Assembly (NCBI GenBank): GCA_030704615.1
Contig: CM060733.1
Span: 23,002,001 to 23,066,000 of the forward strand
Reading direction: 5' to 3'
Origin: Takakia lepidozioides
Lineage: Eukaryota > Plantae > Bryophyta
Length of the DNA: 64,000 nt
The notes under the pieces are model-generated. The model ran no database searches. It worked only from the letters and a program-made list of their open reading frames with translations, and was not told where the DNA came from. Made by a program: the position numbers and the translations under genes. Positions within the stretch are counted from its first letter, which is position 1. The number at the start of each line of letters is the position of its first letter. This document shows, one piece after another, positions 51,838 through 64,000 of this stretch.

Positions 51838-53131
51838 CCAGACAGACATTCCTACCAAATCCAGAGTCAGATCGTTGGAAAATTTGAGAGTCTAGGCAAA
51901 GTTGTCGGTTTGTGGGGAGGGATGCTCAATGGCAGCATCCTCCCCACCCAAACTTTTTTGTGGTCTTGTAAGTAGGAGGTGGAGAATGAGGATTGATAGG
52001 ATAATAAGCAAAGGTGGAATTTGGAAGAGAATGCAGCAACACAAAGCAAAGCATCATCTCCGATGGAAATCAGGTAATTCATTTCAGCAAACTGGAGTGC
52101 AGGCTTAGCTGAAACATTCCAAGGGGAGCTATGGCAGTATGGAAATGCAAGCGTCCATTGGGTAAGAAATTTGATCACCACCCTGTCTGCAAAACCATGG
52201 AACCCTGGAATCCTAGATATAGTATATGCAGTGCTTCCTGTGACACTCTTAAGATGACACAATGACTCTACTTTCAACTCGTCTATTGCAGGGTATGGAC
52301 AAGGAAGTAGAGAAGATCCTGTGCACCCACCCAAGATACAGCCTCAAGATCAGAACCCCAGTCAACACAAATTGGCCAAGAGTGATATAGGTTATATATC
52401 AGAGTTTGGCAGCAAGGCAAATGATCCTTGATTCAACATACAAGGAATGATCCTGTGTGAAGGAGAAGACTGCAGACAGACTGTAGAACTAACACTCTGA
52501 AAGCTATGTTTGTTGCTTGTTTTATTTGCAATGACCAATAATCCCCACAAGAGCACAGCCCTGGTTGAAATGAGGAAACGGGTTGGCATCCCTCACGCCA
52601 ATTTCGCGCCCAACAATCATAGAGATGGACTTGGCGGCGGCGGCAAATGCTGCATACACCACGGTTTTTCATTCAAATAAGCGTCCCAGTGGGTTTGCTG
52701 ATGAATCCCACCTACCAGCAGCAGCCTGGATGTTTGAAAGCAGTACATACACTGCAGCATTTTTCAGCTCCAAGCTACATGGACATCTGACTCAAGTCCC
52801 AATTTGAAGATGCCTGGCCAAAATGCTTCTTCACCATTATGATGAGCTAATCCTCACTTAACATCCATGCTGAGAAGAGTGTTCCCTCCCAATGAAGGAG
52901 TCTGGCTGGAATCCCGTCCGCATAATCCGAGCATAGATGATGCCTTTGACATCTGGCAGTGATTTTCACTGTGAGCACTGGTATCAAAATAAGACTGAAA
53001 GCCTCGGTGCTGCATAAGACCAAAATGTGTAGTGGCTCTTTTGATGTTCCCTCCCTGCACAGTGCGCAGAGCTCGTCAGCAGGTATACTTATTGCCTCCC
53101 TCCTCATAGGACCTTGCTCTTTGTCCTCCAA
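51838..53131 (-). pseudogene. PLS-E PPR pseudogene with large internal deletion plus 3' flank (probable source of the cassette copies)
   Basis: N-terminal LCALCREG...LHIL.LMQHRGFQ, first motif KSLPDVKG..ARIMRTGFQPDSFIG.NTLLSMDVK, then almost directly the E domain LELKNAAVYVLLSNIQAAAGRWD. Frameshifts and stops are present. Confidence 0.75.
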
Positions 53132-54433
53132 TAAGTTACGTCCATGACAAAGAAAGGATTGAGAGGGTCTGGATCTTGCTGCTACCTATGTAATCTGCAC
53201 TATGCTTTTTCAAATGAAATTTTTGCGTCCATACCCAACAGCTGTCATAACTCCAGCATGATCTGTCGTTTACTGCTTTCACAAATCTATAACACCATGA
53301 GGTGGGTCTCTCCATACATCAAAGTCCTTCGATGCAAAATTGTACAAGCAGGCTTAAAAGACGCTCCTGGTCTTCACATCTCTATTACTGTGTTGGTTGG
53401 TATCCTTATGTACCCTTCATTTGAAGTCAAAGCTATGCCAGTTTCATCTTTATGAACTGCCAAGGCGGAAACTCATTCTCTTAAGAGCCCAGATATCATT
53501 TATGACTGAATGTTCTCTGGTCGGAGAGCTAGACTCAGGGACACGCACAGCTATATCTACAAACAGGAACCGAGATGCAGACCACATATCAATTGTAGGT
53601 GAAGAATCACCAACCTGGGGAACAACTCATGCATAAGGATCGTACCCAGCCACACTGCACGCTCAAAACCACTTCTCGAAGCTGCCTAGGTCCGTTCAAT
53701 GTGCTCCCTTCGCTTATGTTGAGAATCATAGCCCTTGTTTCCTCATCCCGCGCAGGTTTCACGGTTCCACCTGCTTCCAGCTGACAGTTTCCTACTAGAT
53801 TCCCAAAAAATTGCAAAACACCCCGTAGAAACCAAACCGAGCCCCATTCATACATGTCTCGCACTTGCGGACTTCACTCGGCTCACAGACGTCAGCTAGT
53901 ATGCGTCAATCTATGCTTTTCTGGTTCTGGTGCCCTCCCATCTCAGGAATCCCTCTCTAGGAAGGTCAGGAGAGCCTGCGAATATCCCGACACGCGCTTT
54001 TGTGTGCGACAAACAACCTTCTGCGGAGATTATGAGAAAGGATTGCATTCCAATCGTCTCGGTCGTGGCGGCCCATCTAATTATGGTGGAAACTCTAACC
54101 GTGAAATCTCATAGTTATCATCCCTGTTAGAAATTAAGCTATAGGATGCCCCACCTCGGCCTCCAGGGAATCCCCAACCAAGCTACCGACTTTATCTAAG
54201 TATGGAAAAAGCTTGACAGTCGTGGGCTTCTCTACCTTTTAAATAAAACATAAAAGCGTGCCTTTAGCTTCTTCTGTCTCCAACACTTCTAATGCTCTGG
54301 ACTTGCGCCGGTACGATCTTTGACCATCGCGACCCTCGTGTGAGCATCGCAGGAGGAGCAACAACTGTGTCTTAGAGGTCTTCTTAACAGGGGATTGGGC
54401 GCTTGATAAGAAATAAGTGTGAAGAACAAGGCC

Positions 54434-57293
54434 ATGGGAACCGTGGATAGAAACCTTCAAATGGGATTCCCTCACTGTGCTGGGAGGAATCAAACATCCA
54501 AGCTTCAGGAAGAATGGGGGAGTCCGAATCTGAAGATGTTGGCCGAACGTCTGCGGCAGTACAGGTAGTATGTCCAAGACAAATTGTCGGCATTGTGCAA
54601 GCTTACACGAGCGAAGATCTTTGTCTATCTTAGCTATTCTCCGCCTTCCAGACACATTAGGTCGAATGCGGTAATTGGATGTGAAGAAGTGAAATGGTCG
54701 CTATGGTCTCTGTTGGGAAGGCGTCCATGTTATTACAAGGGTTAGAGAGACGGTGATTTTGAATGAATGATGAAGTTATGGGATCTGTCCTGCGACAGGA
54801 AATTGTGTCTGTTATGTATCCAGGCTTACCTCAAGCATCCACCTGAGATGCACAATGAATCTGTAAACTGCTGTAGCACTCACGAAGGCTTACATGAAGA
54901 TTTGATCTGTAACACTTGCCTCAAATTTTCTTCATATTAGCTATCTGAATGTGCTTAATGAATTGTGTCCTCAAGCATGGTGGGCGCAACTGCATTCATA
55001 ATCCCTTCTATTTAACGGTTTGCTCAAAGGCATCTCTGGGTGGATCCACCAGGGTCTCCTAGGTGATGAAATGCAGGAAATCTCTTGTTACCAGTTTACA
55101 TAGTTGGATACTATTCTTGGTTGCAGGGCTCCAGTGGGGCAGTGGGCCAAGGATGAAGATGAGACAAGGGGGGGAGTGACATCTAGCGTGGGGGTGCCAA
55201 CATCCATAGCATCACCCAATGAAATCAAGTGGTCACTCCCAAAGAAGAGGGCTGCAGTGCTGTTGTGCCTATTTCAAGGGACTGAAGGAGAATTGCGGGT
55301 CATTCTCACAAAACGGGCTAGCACATTGTCTTCCCATTCAGGTAGCTGGGGTTTCTTTTGGTTTCTCTTTTAGGTCTACTTGATCCATGGGCCTTCCATG
55401 GAGCTAGTAAAATTCTCTTTCTTTCTTCTTTCTCGGCTTTCTCTTCGCAGCTTTTTCTTCGCACTACGCCCTAGATCCCGCACCCCGTTGTGAGGAGAGG
55501 CTGCCAGGGTTGAAGGAGGACTGACATGGGGATTTAGTTGTTCTCTTCAAGTATTGAGCTTGCTACCGTCAGCAGCAGTTAATAGTACCTCTATTCTTTA
55601 ATGCCTCTGCTTGTCGCCCATTGTCACCATCGTTTATGTGACTGGCTAGAGTTAAGGTCACTCTCAGAAATTGGACTTTATTGGCTGTGACAGAGCTACA
55701 GCAGTCAGTACTGAGATTGTTACCCAACTGGAACGGTTTATAACCTACCAGGGTGAAGGCCATAGGACTGTTGAATCTGTGTAATGCCTTGCCATTATCT
55801 CTTCGTCTTGCTCACACTGTTAGAGTAAACCTAGAGGAGAATTAGGGTCCTGCAGTGGCCAACATGAGCCAATGTCTCTGTCAGGGTGCCCAGCAGCTTC
55901 CTTGATGGAAAGAAGAGGAAGATCTCTCCTTGAAGAAACAGGGAAAATCAGCTGTGGTATGGTTTTTTCTGTTCCAGGGGAGGTGGCACTACCCGGTGGG
56001 AAAAAAGATGAAGAAGACAAAGATGATGCAGCGACTGCTTTGCGAGAAGCTCATGAAGAGATTGGGTTGCAACCCTCCCATGTTAGGGTGGTTGCCCTTC
56101 TCCAGCCCTTTCTCTCCAAGGTGCGACTGCTTTTCCTTTGCTACGGGTCGCAAAATTGCATGAATCAGACCTGTCTCACAAGCAATCCCATGCAATGGAG
56201 TGCACAATTGGGTTATGTAGAGTAGAAAGAAAGCTGAAAACTTCCACTCAAGGCCCAAAGATCATGATGACCTGTTGTAAGAAAATTGATGAATTACTTG
56301 CAATGATTCATCAGTGGAGTAGAGTCCTTAAAGAGGAGAGCCCATCGTGGGCTCCAGGAAAGCCTTGGTAACAATGGGTTTCATCTTGTCTAACTAGGTA
56401 GGACACTCAAATGGCTTGGTCACACCTTGGTGTAGTGAACCTGAATGAATTAGTCAGCCTAATCGGCTCAGGCTCCATGCAGACCTAGGAGGTTGGAAAA
56501 ATTGTCTTGTGAGTTGTCCATAGCCAATGCTCCACTCCATTCTAGGTAACATTAACTGCACTTAGAAGCAGCAAGGATACAGACATCACCTTGCTGGCTG
56601 ACCAGACATTCGATCTTCATGATGGGATAAACCATCATACAAGTTCTAATGCAGTTGTGGACATTCCTTGTTTGCTAGAAGACCTCGTCAATCTTGTTCT
56701 GATCTTGGCTTGCTCATGGCCGTGCAGCATCTGTTGACTGTGACACCAGTGGTGGGATTGTTGCCTGAACATCACAAGTTCGAACCTACACCAAATGCAG
56801 CAGAGGTGGACGCTGTCTTCGATGTCCCCCTCGAAATGTTTTTGAAGGTCTGATTGCTGGCCGTTCTTCTACATTTTCAGTCCCTTGATGTGGTTCTTAC
56901 CAACACCATGTAGAGTTCTAGAAACGGCAGAATTTCATTGCAGAGTGTCAGGAACAAAATAGGTCGAGGATATAACATTTACCTGTGGTCCCTCTTTTGG
57001 GGTCGAGAATCCATCATTGACAGATAGGGACTTACATGTTGGTTCATCTTTTATGGCAGGATGAGAAGCACCAATTCCAAGAAAGAAAGTTTCTAGATAG
57101 CCAGTATCATGTGCATTATTTCGATTACAGTGCCTGCGATGGTAAAAGTTATATGATATGGGGGCTGACGGCTTCCATCCTCATCAGGGCAGCCTCAATC
57201 ATATTTCAACGACCTCCTGCTTTTCCAGAGTTCTGTCCGGATTTTGAGATCGCGGCAAAATATGTAAGAGGGCAAACACAACTAAATCTCTGA
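54434..57293 (+). CDS. Nudix hydrolase, CoA pyrophosphatase family (NUDT11/15/22-like)
   Basis: Exons 54434-54564, 55127-55341, 55978-56120, 56728-56847 and 57060-57293 splice in frame. Motifs LAERLRQYR, KRAAVLLCLF, LTKRASTLSSHSGEVALPGGK, Nudix box ALREAHEEIGL and IWGLTASILI. Confidence 0.95.
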
Positions 57294-58088
57294 GGGACAT
57301 TCCCCAGATTTGAACTAGGAGTTTTCATCCTTATCCTTTGATTGATGAAAGGATCGCCCACTTGGATCAGGAGATGGGTAATCCTCACTCCACTGGATCA
57401 ACATGAGTGAAGGTGACAAATTTGGAAGAGTTCCTGTCAAGAATTGAAGAAGAAAAAGAGCTTAATGGGTGCTTGCCACAATGCTGAAAGAGGGAAATGC
57501 TAGAGGATGAAGTGGGAGTGGGCTGGGCCCTCAAGAGGATGAGCACTTCTTTGGGTGACAAGTCATCATCTGGTCCATGCCACTGAGTTCATTTTTTGAT
57601 CTTTGGAGCATACATTGTGGAAGGCCGTTGGAATACTAGTATTCCTTCTTCCGTCTGTTTTTTCCCAGCTTGAAGGTTGGTGGGATGAAACTCCGCAACC
57701 GGCTCCAATATGGTTGTTATCCTGCAAGACTCTGCCAGCAGCCACATTTTGCAGGCAAAAGTCATTTGAGTACACTCTCTCTTGTCCGCTGTCCTTCCTT
57801 CCTTCGCTTACTCTCAGCTTCTCCATCCCTCTCTTTTTCTGTATGGTGTTGCTTCCACAAAGCATTCTCAATTGGTTGTCCTTTTTCGACCCGGGGCTAT
57901 TTGTGTGCCTGGCCGACATCAGCAGGCACAGTGGCTGGTAAAATAATCCGAGCATGTATGGTATCCTGGTGGCAGGCTGTTTGAAAAATTGTTCCAAATT
58001 GATGTGGGAGGCATCCTGTTTAGAGTTTTGGACTAGGCTTGGATTGATGTTTGAAGCATCTTTTGGCACATCACATTGATTTATTGAA

Positions 58089-58231
58089 GGGCGTAGATGT
58101 GGTCAAATGGTACACACTTAGTGAATACTTTTTTACCACATCTACGCCCATAACAAACCCTGTCACACCCATAACAACTCGTTGTGAAGAACATCGCGTT
58201 GATGTTGTTATGGGTGTGACAGGGTTTGTTA
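58089..58231. repeat. Two adjacent perfect inverted repeats (15-bp and 28-bp stems)
   Basis: 58089-58103 pairs with 58135-58149, and 58151-58178 pairs with 58204-58231. Confidence 0.9.
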
Positions 58232-60207
58232 GGGTTGTGACAGTATGAAATTAGTATATGTAGGGACCAAGAAAGAAACTTCATGAGATCCGAGACCAAA
58301 GCAGAACTACAAAACAAAACTTAAAACAGGCAAGTATACCTTGTGAATGTAAGCAATGAACTACTTCCAAGCTGCTGAGCCTTGCAGTCATGTAGGACAA
58401 GGACCTGTGATATGTAGGTCACGAGAGTAACAAAAACCTCCACTTCAGAGACAGGATCCGAGCGTTAAGCACCACCCCCTCACGGTCCTCGTGACCGTGC
58501 TGGAGAGAATCACAAAGAAATCACAGAGCATAACAAGGTCGACTCTGTGTCATAGAGTCTCAGGCAGTAAAGTGATGAGGTTGGGGTCCTTCCGATGGGC
58601 TAATCATAGTGCTGGTCCACGTCCGTATGCGGAGCCTCATCATCTTCTATAAGTACTTCCGGTGCCTACAAGTGCAGAGCGAGCCTCATCAGCGGCCCTT
58701 CCCCTATACGTGAAACCTTCCGTGTACTGTGATTTGGTAAAGCTTAGCAATCCGTCATGCAGACGCACTCGATGGGTAAGACCAAGGTGCGGGGAAATGA
58801 TTCAATCCATGGATTCTTTCTTTTCCACTCCTGAGTGGACTTCAACAGTACTGACGGAGGTGGTTCGCCCGGCTGAGTCTGGGTGGAACCTTCTTGGAGT
58901 ATGTCAAAGAAGGCTTCCGTGTGCATGCAATGCGGCCAGGATCTGAAGCCGCAATTCTAGACTTTCTTCCCGACCAACGAGCTATCATCGAAAACGGTAG
59001 AAGGTAATTAGTAATTACGTATTTACGCTCGCCGCCCTTTTCCTGTCCTCTCCTCTCCTCTTTCCTCTTCTCTTGGCTGTGGATGTGGGTTGACATAGGG
59101 GTGAATGCCCTTATCTGGAGCGCCATACAATTCTTGCCTTACCGGAAAGAGTTCTCCATTTCCCATCATCCCGCAGGTCTCTACATGGATTTTGGTCCTT
59201 ATGTAGAGGTCGATTGCACCCGACTCTCCCTTCCATCTCATCCCATCTCATCTCTATTTAAATTTATTCTCTACTCGGCAAACCACAGAGCTGAGAACCC
59301 TCGGCCGCTACCAATCTTTTCTATTTGCTACCACTCAAATCCTTTGAATCCATCTCCATGACAATTTTCAGCAAGCCCATCAGAGGTCTGCTTCAGTTGG
59401 ATTGGCCTCTGTAGACTTCACACAGATTTCCCTTGATGGATACTGAGGTACACGGATGTGCTGTTTGTGATTGAAGGCCTCCTCACTGCCACAGTTAGTG
59501 AGTCTCTCAGATGTGGGGCCATGTTTGAAGTCAAATTTTCTCTGTCTTTACAGCGCATGTACAGTTGAAGACTTTTACTAAGTTAGCCTATCCATTGTGG
59601 ATAATAATATTGTTTAGATCAAAATCTAACTTGTGCAAGGAGACAGACTATAATGGCCTTCAACTTATGAATTCTTCTACTGGAGCTTCACAAATTGCGT
59701 GTCTGTATTTGCCCAAGACAAGCTGCCAGCTCTGGATATTGGGTGTCAACTTTAAGGGGATACCTCTAATGACAGTCTTCTGGCTGCTATCACTATTTTT
59801 AATCTTCAAAGAAAATTGGACGGCATCCTAGCCCCTGTGGAGCTCAGTGCAAATCTTATGATTTGTCTGGTCCGTAGCATTAAAGTCTGGACACTGAACA
59901 TCACTTACATAACAAAAAAAGGTAACCTACAATGATGGCCACTGAATGTATAGCATTCAAAGAAAACAGGATGCCAATTTGCTGTTCTTTGCATCTGAGG
60001 AGATGGAGGTGGGAGGCTTAAGTGTCCAATCGAAACCTTGTGAGCCCTGAATAGTGGGGATTCCTCAGATGCTGAGAGAAAGAAAGTGAGAAGGAACCTA
60101 CATCTACCATAGAATTGAGAGAGAAGGTGGGGGGCTATTTTTTGGGGGTGGGGAGTATGTATTTACTGCAATAGTGGGGTTCCACACTTGTGGTCCCAGA
60201 CAGAGGT

Positions 60208-61408
60208 ATGCTGGAAAAGTCTAGGTTTGCACTACGCCGTCAGCTACAAGCAGCTACATGCAGCGTGAAGTGGACTTACGTGACTTTTTGGCAGCTTTCC
60301 CCGAAACAGCAGTGAGTCTCTCTGATTCCTTCAACAATCATGGCAGTGATAAATAAGAGGAGGTTTCCAACTTGTCCAGAGGTCATGTTGTCAAGACATG
60401 TCTGGGTTTCATCCCTCCACATCATGCCAAAAGAGAGAAAGGATTACATTGGGACCTCATGAGGAGCCAAAATGTGTTCAACTGATCCTTGACGTCTCTT
60501 TACTGTCCAGTGATACTTTGCATTGCTCAGCTCAAGAAGGCCATCACTTGGACATATCTTGTTGTTGATGCTAAAAAGCTTCCACGTACATTTGGAATGT
60601 TCTGTCAACGCATTCTGACAGCCTTAGCTGCTATGGGTGGTGCCTAAATAGATCTGTGGACAGAAACTTGGGTCTTTGCAGGTATCAGGGTCATTGGATT
60701 AGGATCCTTATTGAAATATTTTCGATTCGTTGTGCGCAGGGTTCTGTGTTGGGCCGATACTACAATGGTATTGTCAAAACCCGAAAAGTTGCGGAAGAGC
60801 TGAGCTCTGAGGAGTTCGGACTGCAACGGTCCCAGCAATGGCATGATCTTTACCACACCTTGTCAACTGCAGGAAATGCCAAACAGCCTGTCCGAAAGCT
60901 TGCATCTTTGGATCCTGAAGACTTGGCGGAGACTGAATGGTTCTACTTGTTTTGCATGTCCTGTTCTTTTGCATCTGGATCCGGGTACTCAGTTCCTCAC
61001 TTCCCACCATATCTTTGTCATCTCGGTTGCCAATTCCCAACAGGAATGAAGCTCTGGACCATCTAATAAACACCCAGCTTGTCTGCACTTGTCAGAATGA
61101 GCTACACCGTATTCTCATTGGACGTGCTCTTGGAGGGCATTTGAATCTTTTGAAGTTTACAACCATCCCTTAAAAGTTTCCTTGGTAGTCATGAGTTCTA
61201 CTTCCAAACTTTTCAAAGAGGGCAGTGAGAAGAACTCCACAAAAAGTGTCTTTAGTAGTTCAAAAATCTCAGGTCAATTGACTTGGGATTTTATGTTACA
61301 GAGGAGTTGATATCACCCCATCTAGAAGGGTCCTGGAAACTAAATAGATCTGAGTGCTAGTGCAGACTGCCAGGGAAAGCATTTGCAGGAAGACGCTATG
61401 TTTGGTTT
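60208..61408 (+). pseudogene. bHLH subgroup IIIf (TT8/GL3-like) N-terminal MYC_N region, frameshifted and truncated
   Basis: Exon 1 60208-60311 (LQAATCSVKWTYVTFWQLSPKQ), exon 2 60740-60984 (VLCWAD, frameshift, YYNGIVKTRK...LQRSQQ...LDPEDLAETEWFYLFCMSCSF), exon 3 from 61366 (LPGKAFAGRRYVW), then Gypsy sequence. Confidence 0.85.
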
Positions 61409-61409
61409 G

Positions 61410-64000
61410 TGAGCTCTGGTTATCCCCAGCGTCCATAGCGAATGAATCTCATGAACAAAGCATGTCAATACATTAGACTTCGCCGTTCTAGTAATTGGCT
61501 ATAACAGCGTCCACTCAGAAATATGTCTAGAAAATCAAAAAAACCTGAAGTTTAAAAGGGAGCAATTTTGAATCACGGTCTGAGACAATATCCTTTGGAA
61601 GTCCATGATGCTTGAAGATGTGGGCGAAGTAAAGTCGTCCCGTCTCCTACGTCGTTGTCGTCTCCTTGGTGGGAATGAAATGGCACATTTTACTGAACCT
61701 ATCCACCACCATCATAATTGAATCGAATCTTTTTGACAACGGCATAGCAGTCATGAAATTCATCGAGACATTTTCCCAAGACCTCTCTAGAATCAGCAAG
61801 GGTTATAACAGCCCCGCTTGCTTTTTGTACTCGCTTCAGTTTTGTTGGCATATGTTGCATGTCTTGATATACTCATCGGCCTCCTCCGTCAGTTTGGGCC
61901 AGAAATACTCTTTCTTCAATAGTGTCGCGGTGCGCTTGACTCCGCCGTGGCCCGCAAGCAGGCCATCGTAGCATTCTCTCAAGAGACGATCTTTGATCCC
62001 TCCCTTCGGCACGTAGAGACGTCTTTGCTTATACCGGAGCAGTCCATTGTGCAAGTGGAACTACGATTTAACCCCCAACCTCAAGTCCCGCATCACGGCC
62101 TTCGCCATCTCATCCTTTCGGTAAGCCTTCCAGATCTTCCTTTGGAGCGTCATCTCGCCCCTGTACACCAACATGAGCTGTTGCTTTCTACTTAGAGCAT
62201 CGGCCACCACATTGTCCCGTCCCGGTTTGTACTGGATATCCACGTCAAACACTGCCAAAGTGTCTTGCCACCAAAGGTGTTTTGGGGACAACTTAGGCTG
62301 TGTGGCAAAATACTTCACCGTGACATTGTCCGTGAACACTTTCACCGGGTTGGAACCAACATAGTGGCTCCAAAGCTAAAGGCAATGCACCACCGCCTTC
62401 ATTTATTTCTCGTGCGTAGGCCACCGTCGCTCCACTTCATTCAGTTTCTTACTTATGTAAGCCATTGGACGTCCATCTTACATGAGCACACCCCCAATTG
62501 CGAAGTCCGACGCATCTGTATGAATCTCAAATGGACGGTCGAACTCCGGGATTTTCAGGACTGGAGCTTCCGCCATCCGCTGCTTCAACTCGGCAAAATC
62601 TTGGCCACAAAAAGTATTCCATATCCATACCTTGGACTTACACAGAAGATCTGACAGCGGTCCTGCGATCTTGGCAAAATTTCTCACATACTTTCGGTAA
62701 TAGGAGGCAAGGAAGGATCGCCCTCACGGGACCGAAGTCGGAGGGGTGCGTTGGTGAGCCCAAAAGGCATCACCAAGAACTCATATGAACCATATCTTGT
62801 CCTGCACGTGGTCTTCTCCTCATCCCCTTCCGCCACTCGGATTTTATGGTAACCTGCGCGCAAATCGATCCGGCTGAAATACTTTGCTCCTGCCAACCAA
62901 TCGAAGAGGTCGTCGATCTTTGGCAAAGGGTACCGGTTTTTTATAGTCACCTTATTCAGAGCCCTGTAATCGACACACATCCGCAGTAGCACCGGGGCTC
63001 TGTAAGGTGACTTACTCGGCCGGATGTACCCCTTTGACATTAGATCCTTGAGTTGGGCCTTCAGCTCGACCAACTCTCTGTGGCTCAACCGGTAGGGCGC
63101 CTTGGCAGGTGGCTCCGATCTCGGTATCACCTCTATCTTGTGGTCACCTCCTCTTCGCGGTGGCAAGCCGCTTGGTAAATCCTCCGGCATCACATCCTGG
63201 TATTTCTCCAAGATCCCCTCGATCCAATCTGGGCTTGGCTCCCTATCGACTTCTCCTTCTACTTATCTTACGTAAAGCAAAAACTGGGGTTCGTGTGGCT
63301 CCTCCACGGCCCACTCCTTTGCTGTCACCAGGTTTATTCGCCCTCTCACTCGGTTGGGCGTTTTTTACACCCGTAAAACTTCATCACCATCCCCACACGG
63401 TAGCGTGACTACTCTCTTGCGGCCATCTATGACCGTTCCGGATTTGCTCAAAAAAATCATCCCCAAAATGAGATCCACTCCATCGATCTCGCAAATGGTG
63501 AAGTTCTCACGTCCCTCCCAACTCCCCAGCTGAAGAAGAACATCGAACACCAACCTCGTCGCCAGTTGTGGTTCTTCTTTGGCAGAACGCACTTCAATAG
63601 AGGCCCCCACATCACTTGTCGGGAGCCCCAACTTCCGTGCCGTTGTCGGTGTCATGAAGGAGTGCGATGTTCCTGTGTCCACCAACAACGACACGTTAGT
63701 TCAGAAAATTATCCCACTCACGAACATTAACTGACTCCTTTTACGCAAGGGGCCAGTCTCCCGATACAACTCACAAGAGTAGTTGGCTACCTTGCAAGTC
63801 TTGGCAATAATCGCTTCCACCAAGCGGCTGATGGATCTTCGGACAGGTCCGTGGTCGCCCGAGTCATGTTCAATTGTCGGGGTTTTGCGCACTTCTTGGC
63901 GCTGTGCCCGGGCTCCCCGCACTTAAAGTACATTCCATCGAAGGTTGTCTTCTGTCCACCATAAGCCGCCGCACCTGATTTTCCTTTCGGAGCACCGGGT
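61410..64000 (-). mobile_element. Degenerate Ty3/Gypsy pol (protease, RT, RNase H, integrase), truncated
   Basis: Protease [25 protein letters not shown]...[14 protein letters not shown], followed by an internal deletion. RNase H HTDASDFAIGGVL and DNVVADALSR. Integrase GHGG...CNICQ and HGLPKDIVSDRD. No 3' LTR is visible. Confidence 0.92.

Noticed and set aside
57280-57293. Peroxisomal PTS1 on the Nudix hydrolase
   Set aside because: The C-terminus is LNL, not a canonical SKL-type signal.
57566-59361. Several 60-170 aa ORFs between the Nudix and bHLH genes
   Set aside because: They overlap on both strands, show no recognisable motifs and form no consistent exon chain.

Overview
Eukaryotic nuclear DNA from a land plant, most likely seed-free (fern, lycophyte or bryophyte), inferred from a spliced plastid-peptidoglycan MurC gene. 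It is not a prokaryotic window, so most short ORFs in the track are spurious. Four apparently intact multi-exon genes can be reconstructed by hand: type II peroxiredoxin F (-, 24281-26669), MurC (-, 27514-35292), a UTr7/SLC35D-like nucleotide-sugar transporter (-, 36213-~40894) and a CoA-pyrophosphatase Nudix hydrolase (+, 54434-57293). Pseudogenes and fragments include a subgroup IIIf bHLH (frameshifted and cut by a Gypsy element), PLS-E PPR remnants copied to several places, a C2-domain gene remnant, a stray PrxIIF exon and an ABC1K-like exon. Mobile DNA includes the 3' end of an LTR element with a long unexplained ORF before its PPT, a young rearranged Copia, a degenerate L1-like LINE, a Gypsy pol, MITEs and an ~840-bp foldback. 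The best leads are the extra ORF in the LTR element, the rearranged Copia, and the MurC-transporter adjacency. All homology calls come from recognised motifs, not database searches.
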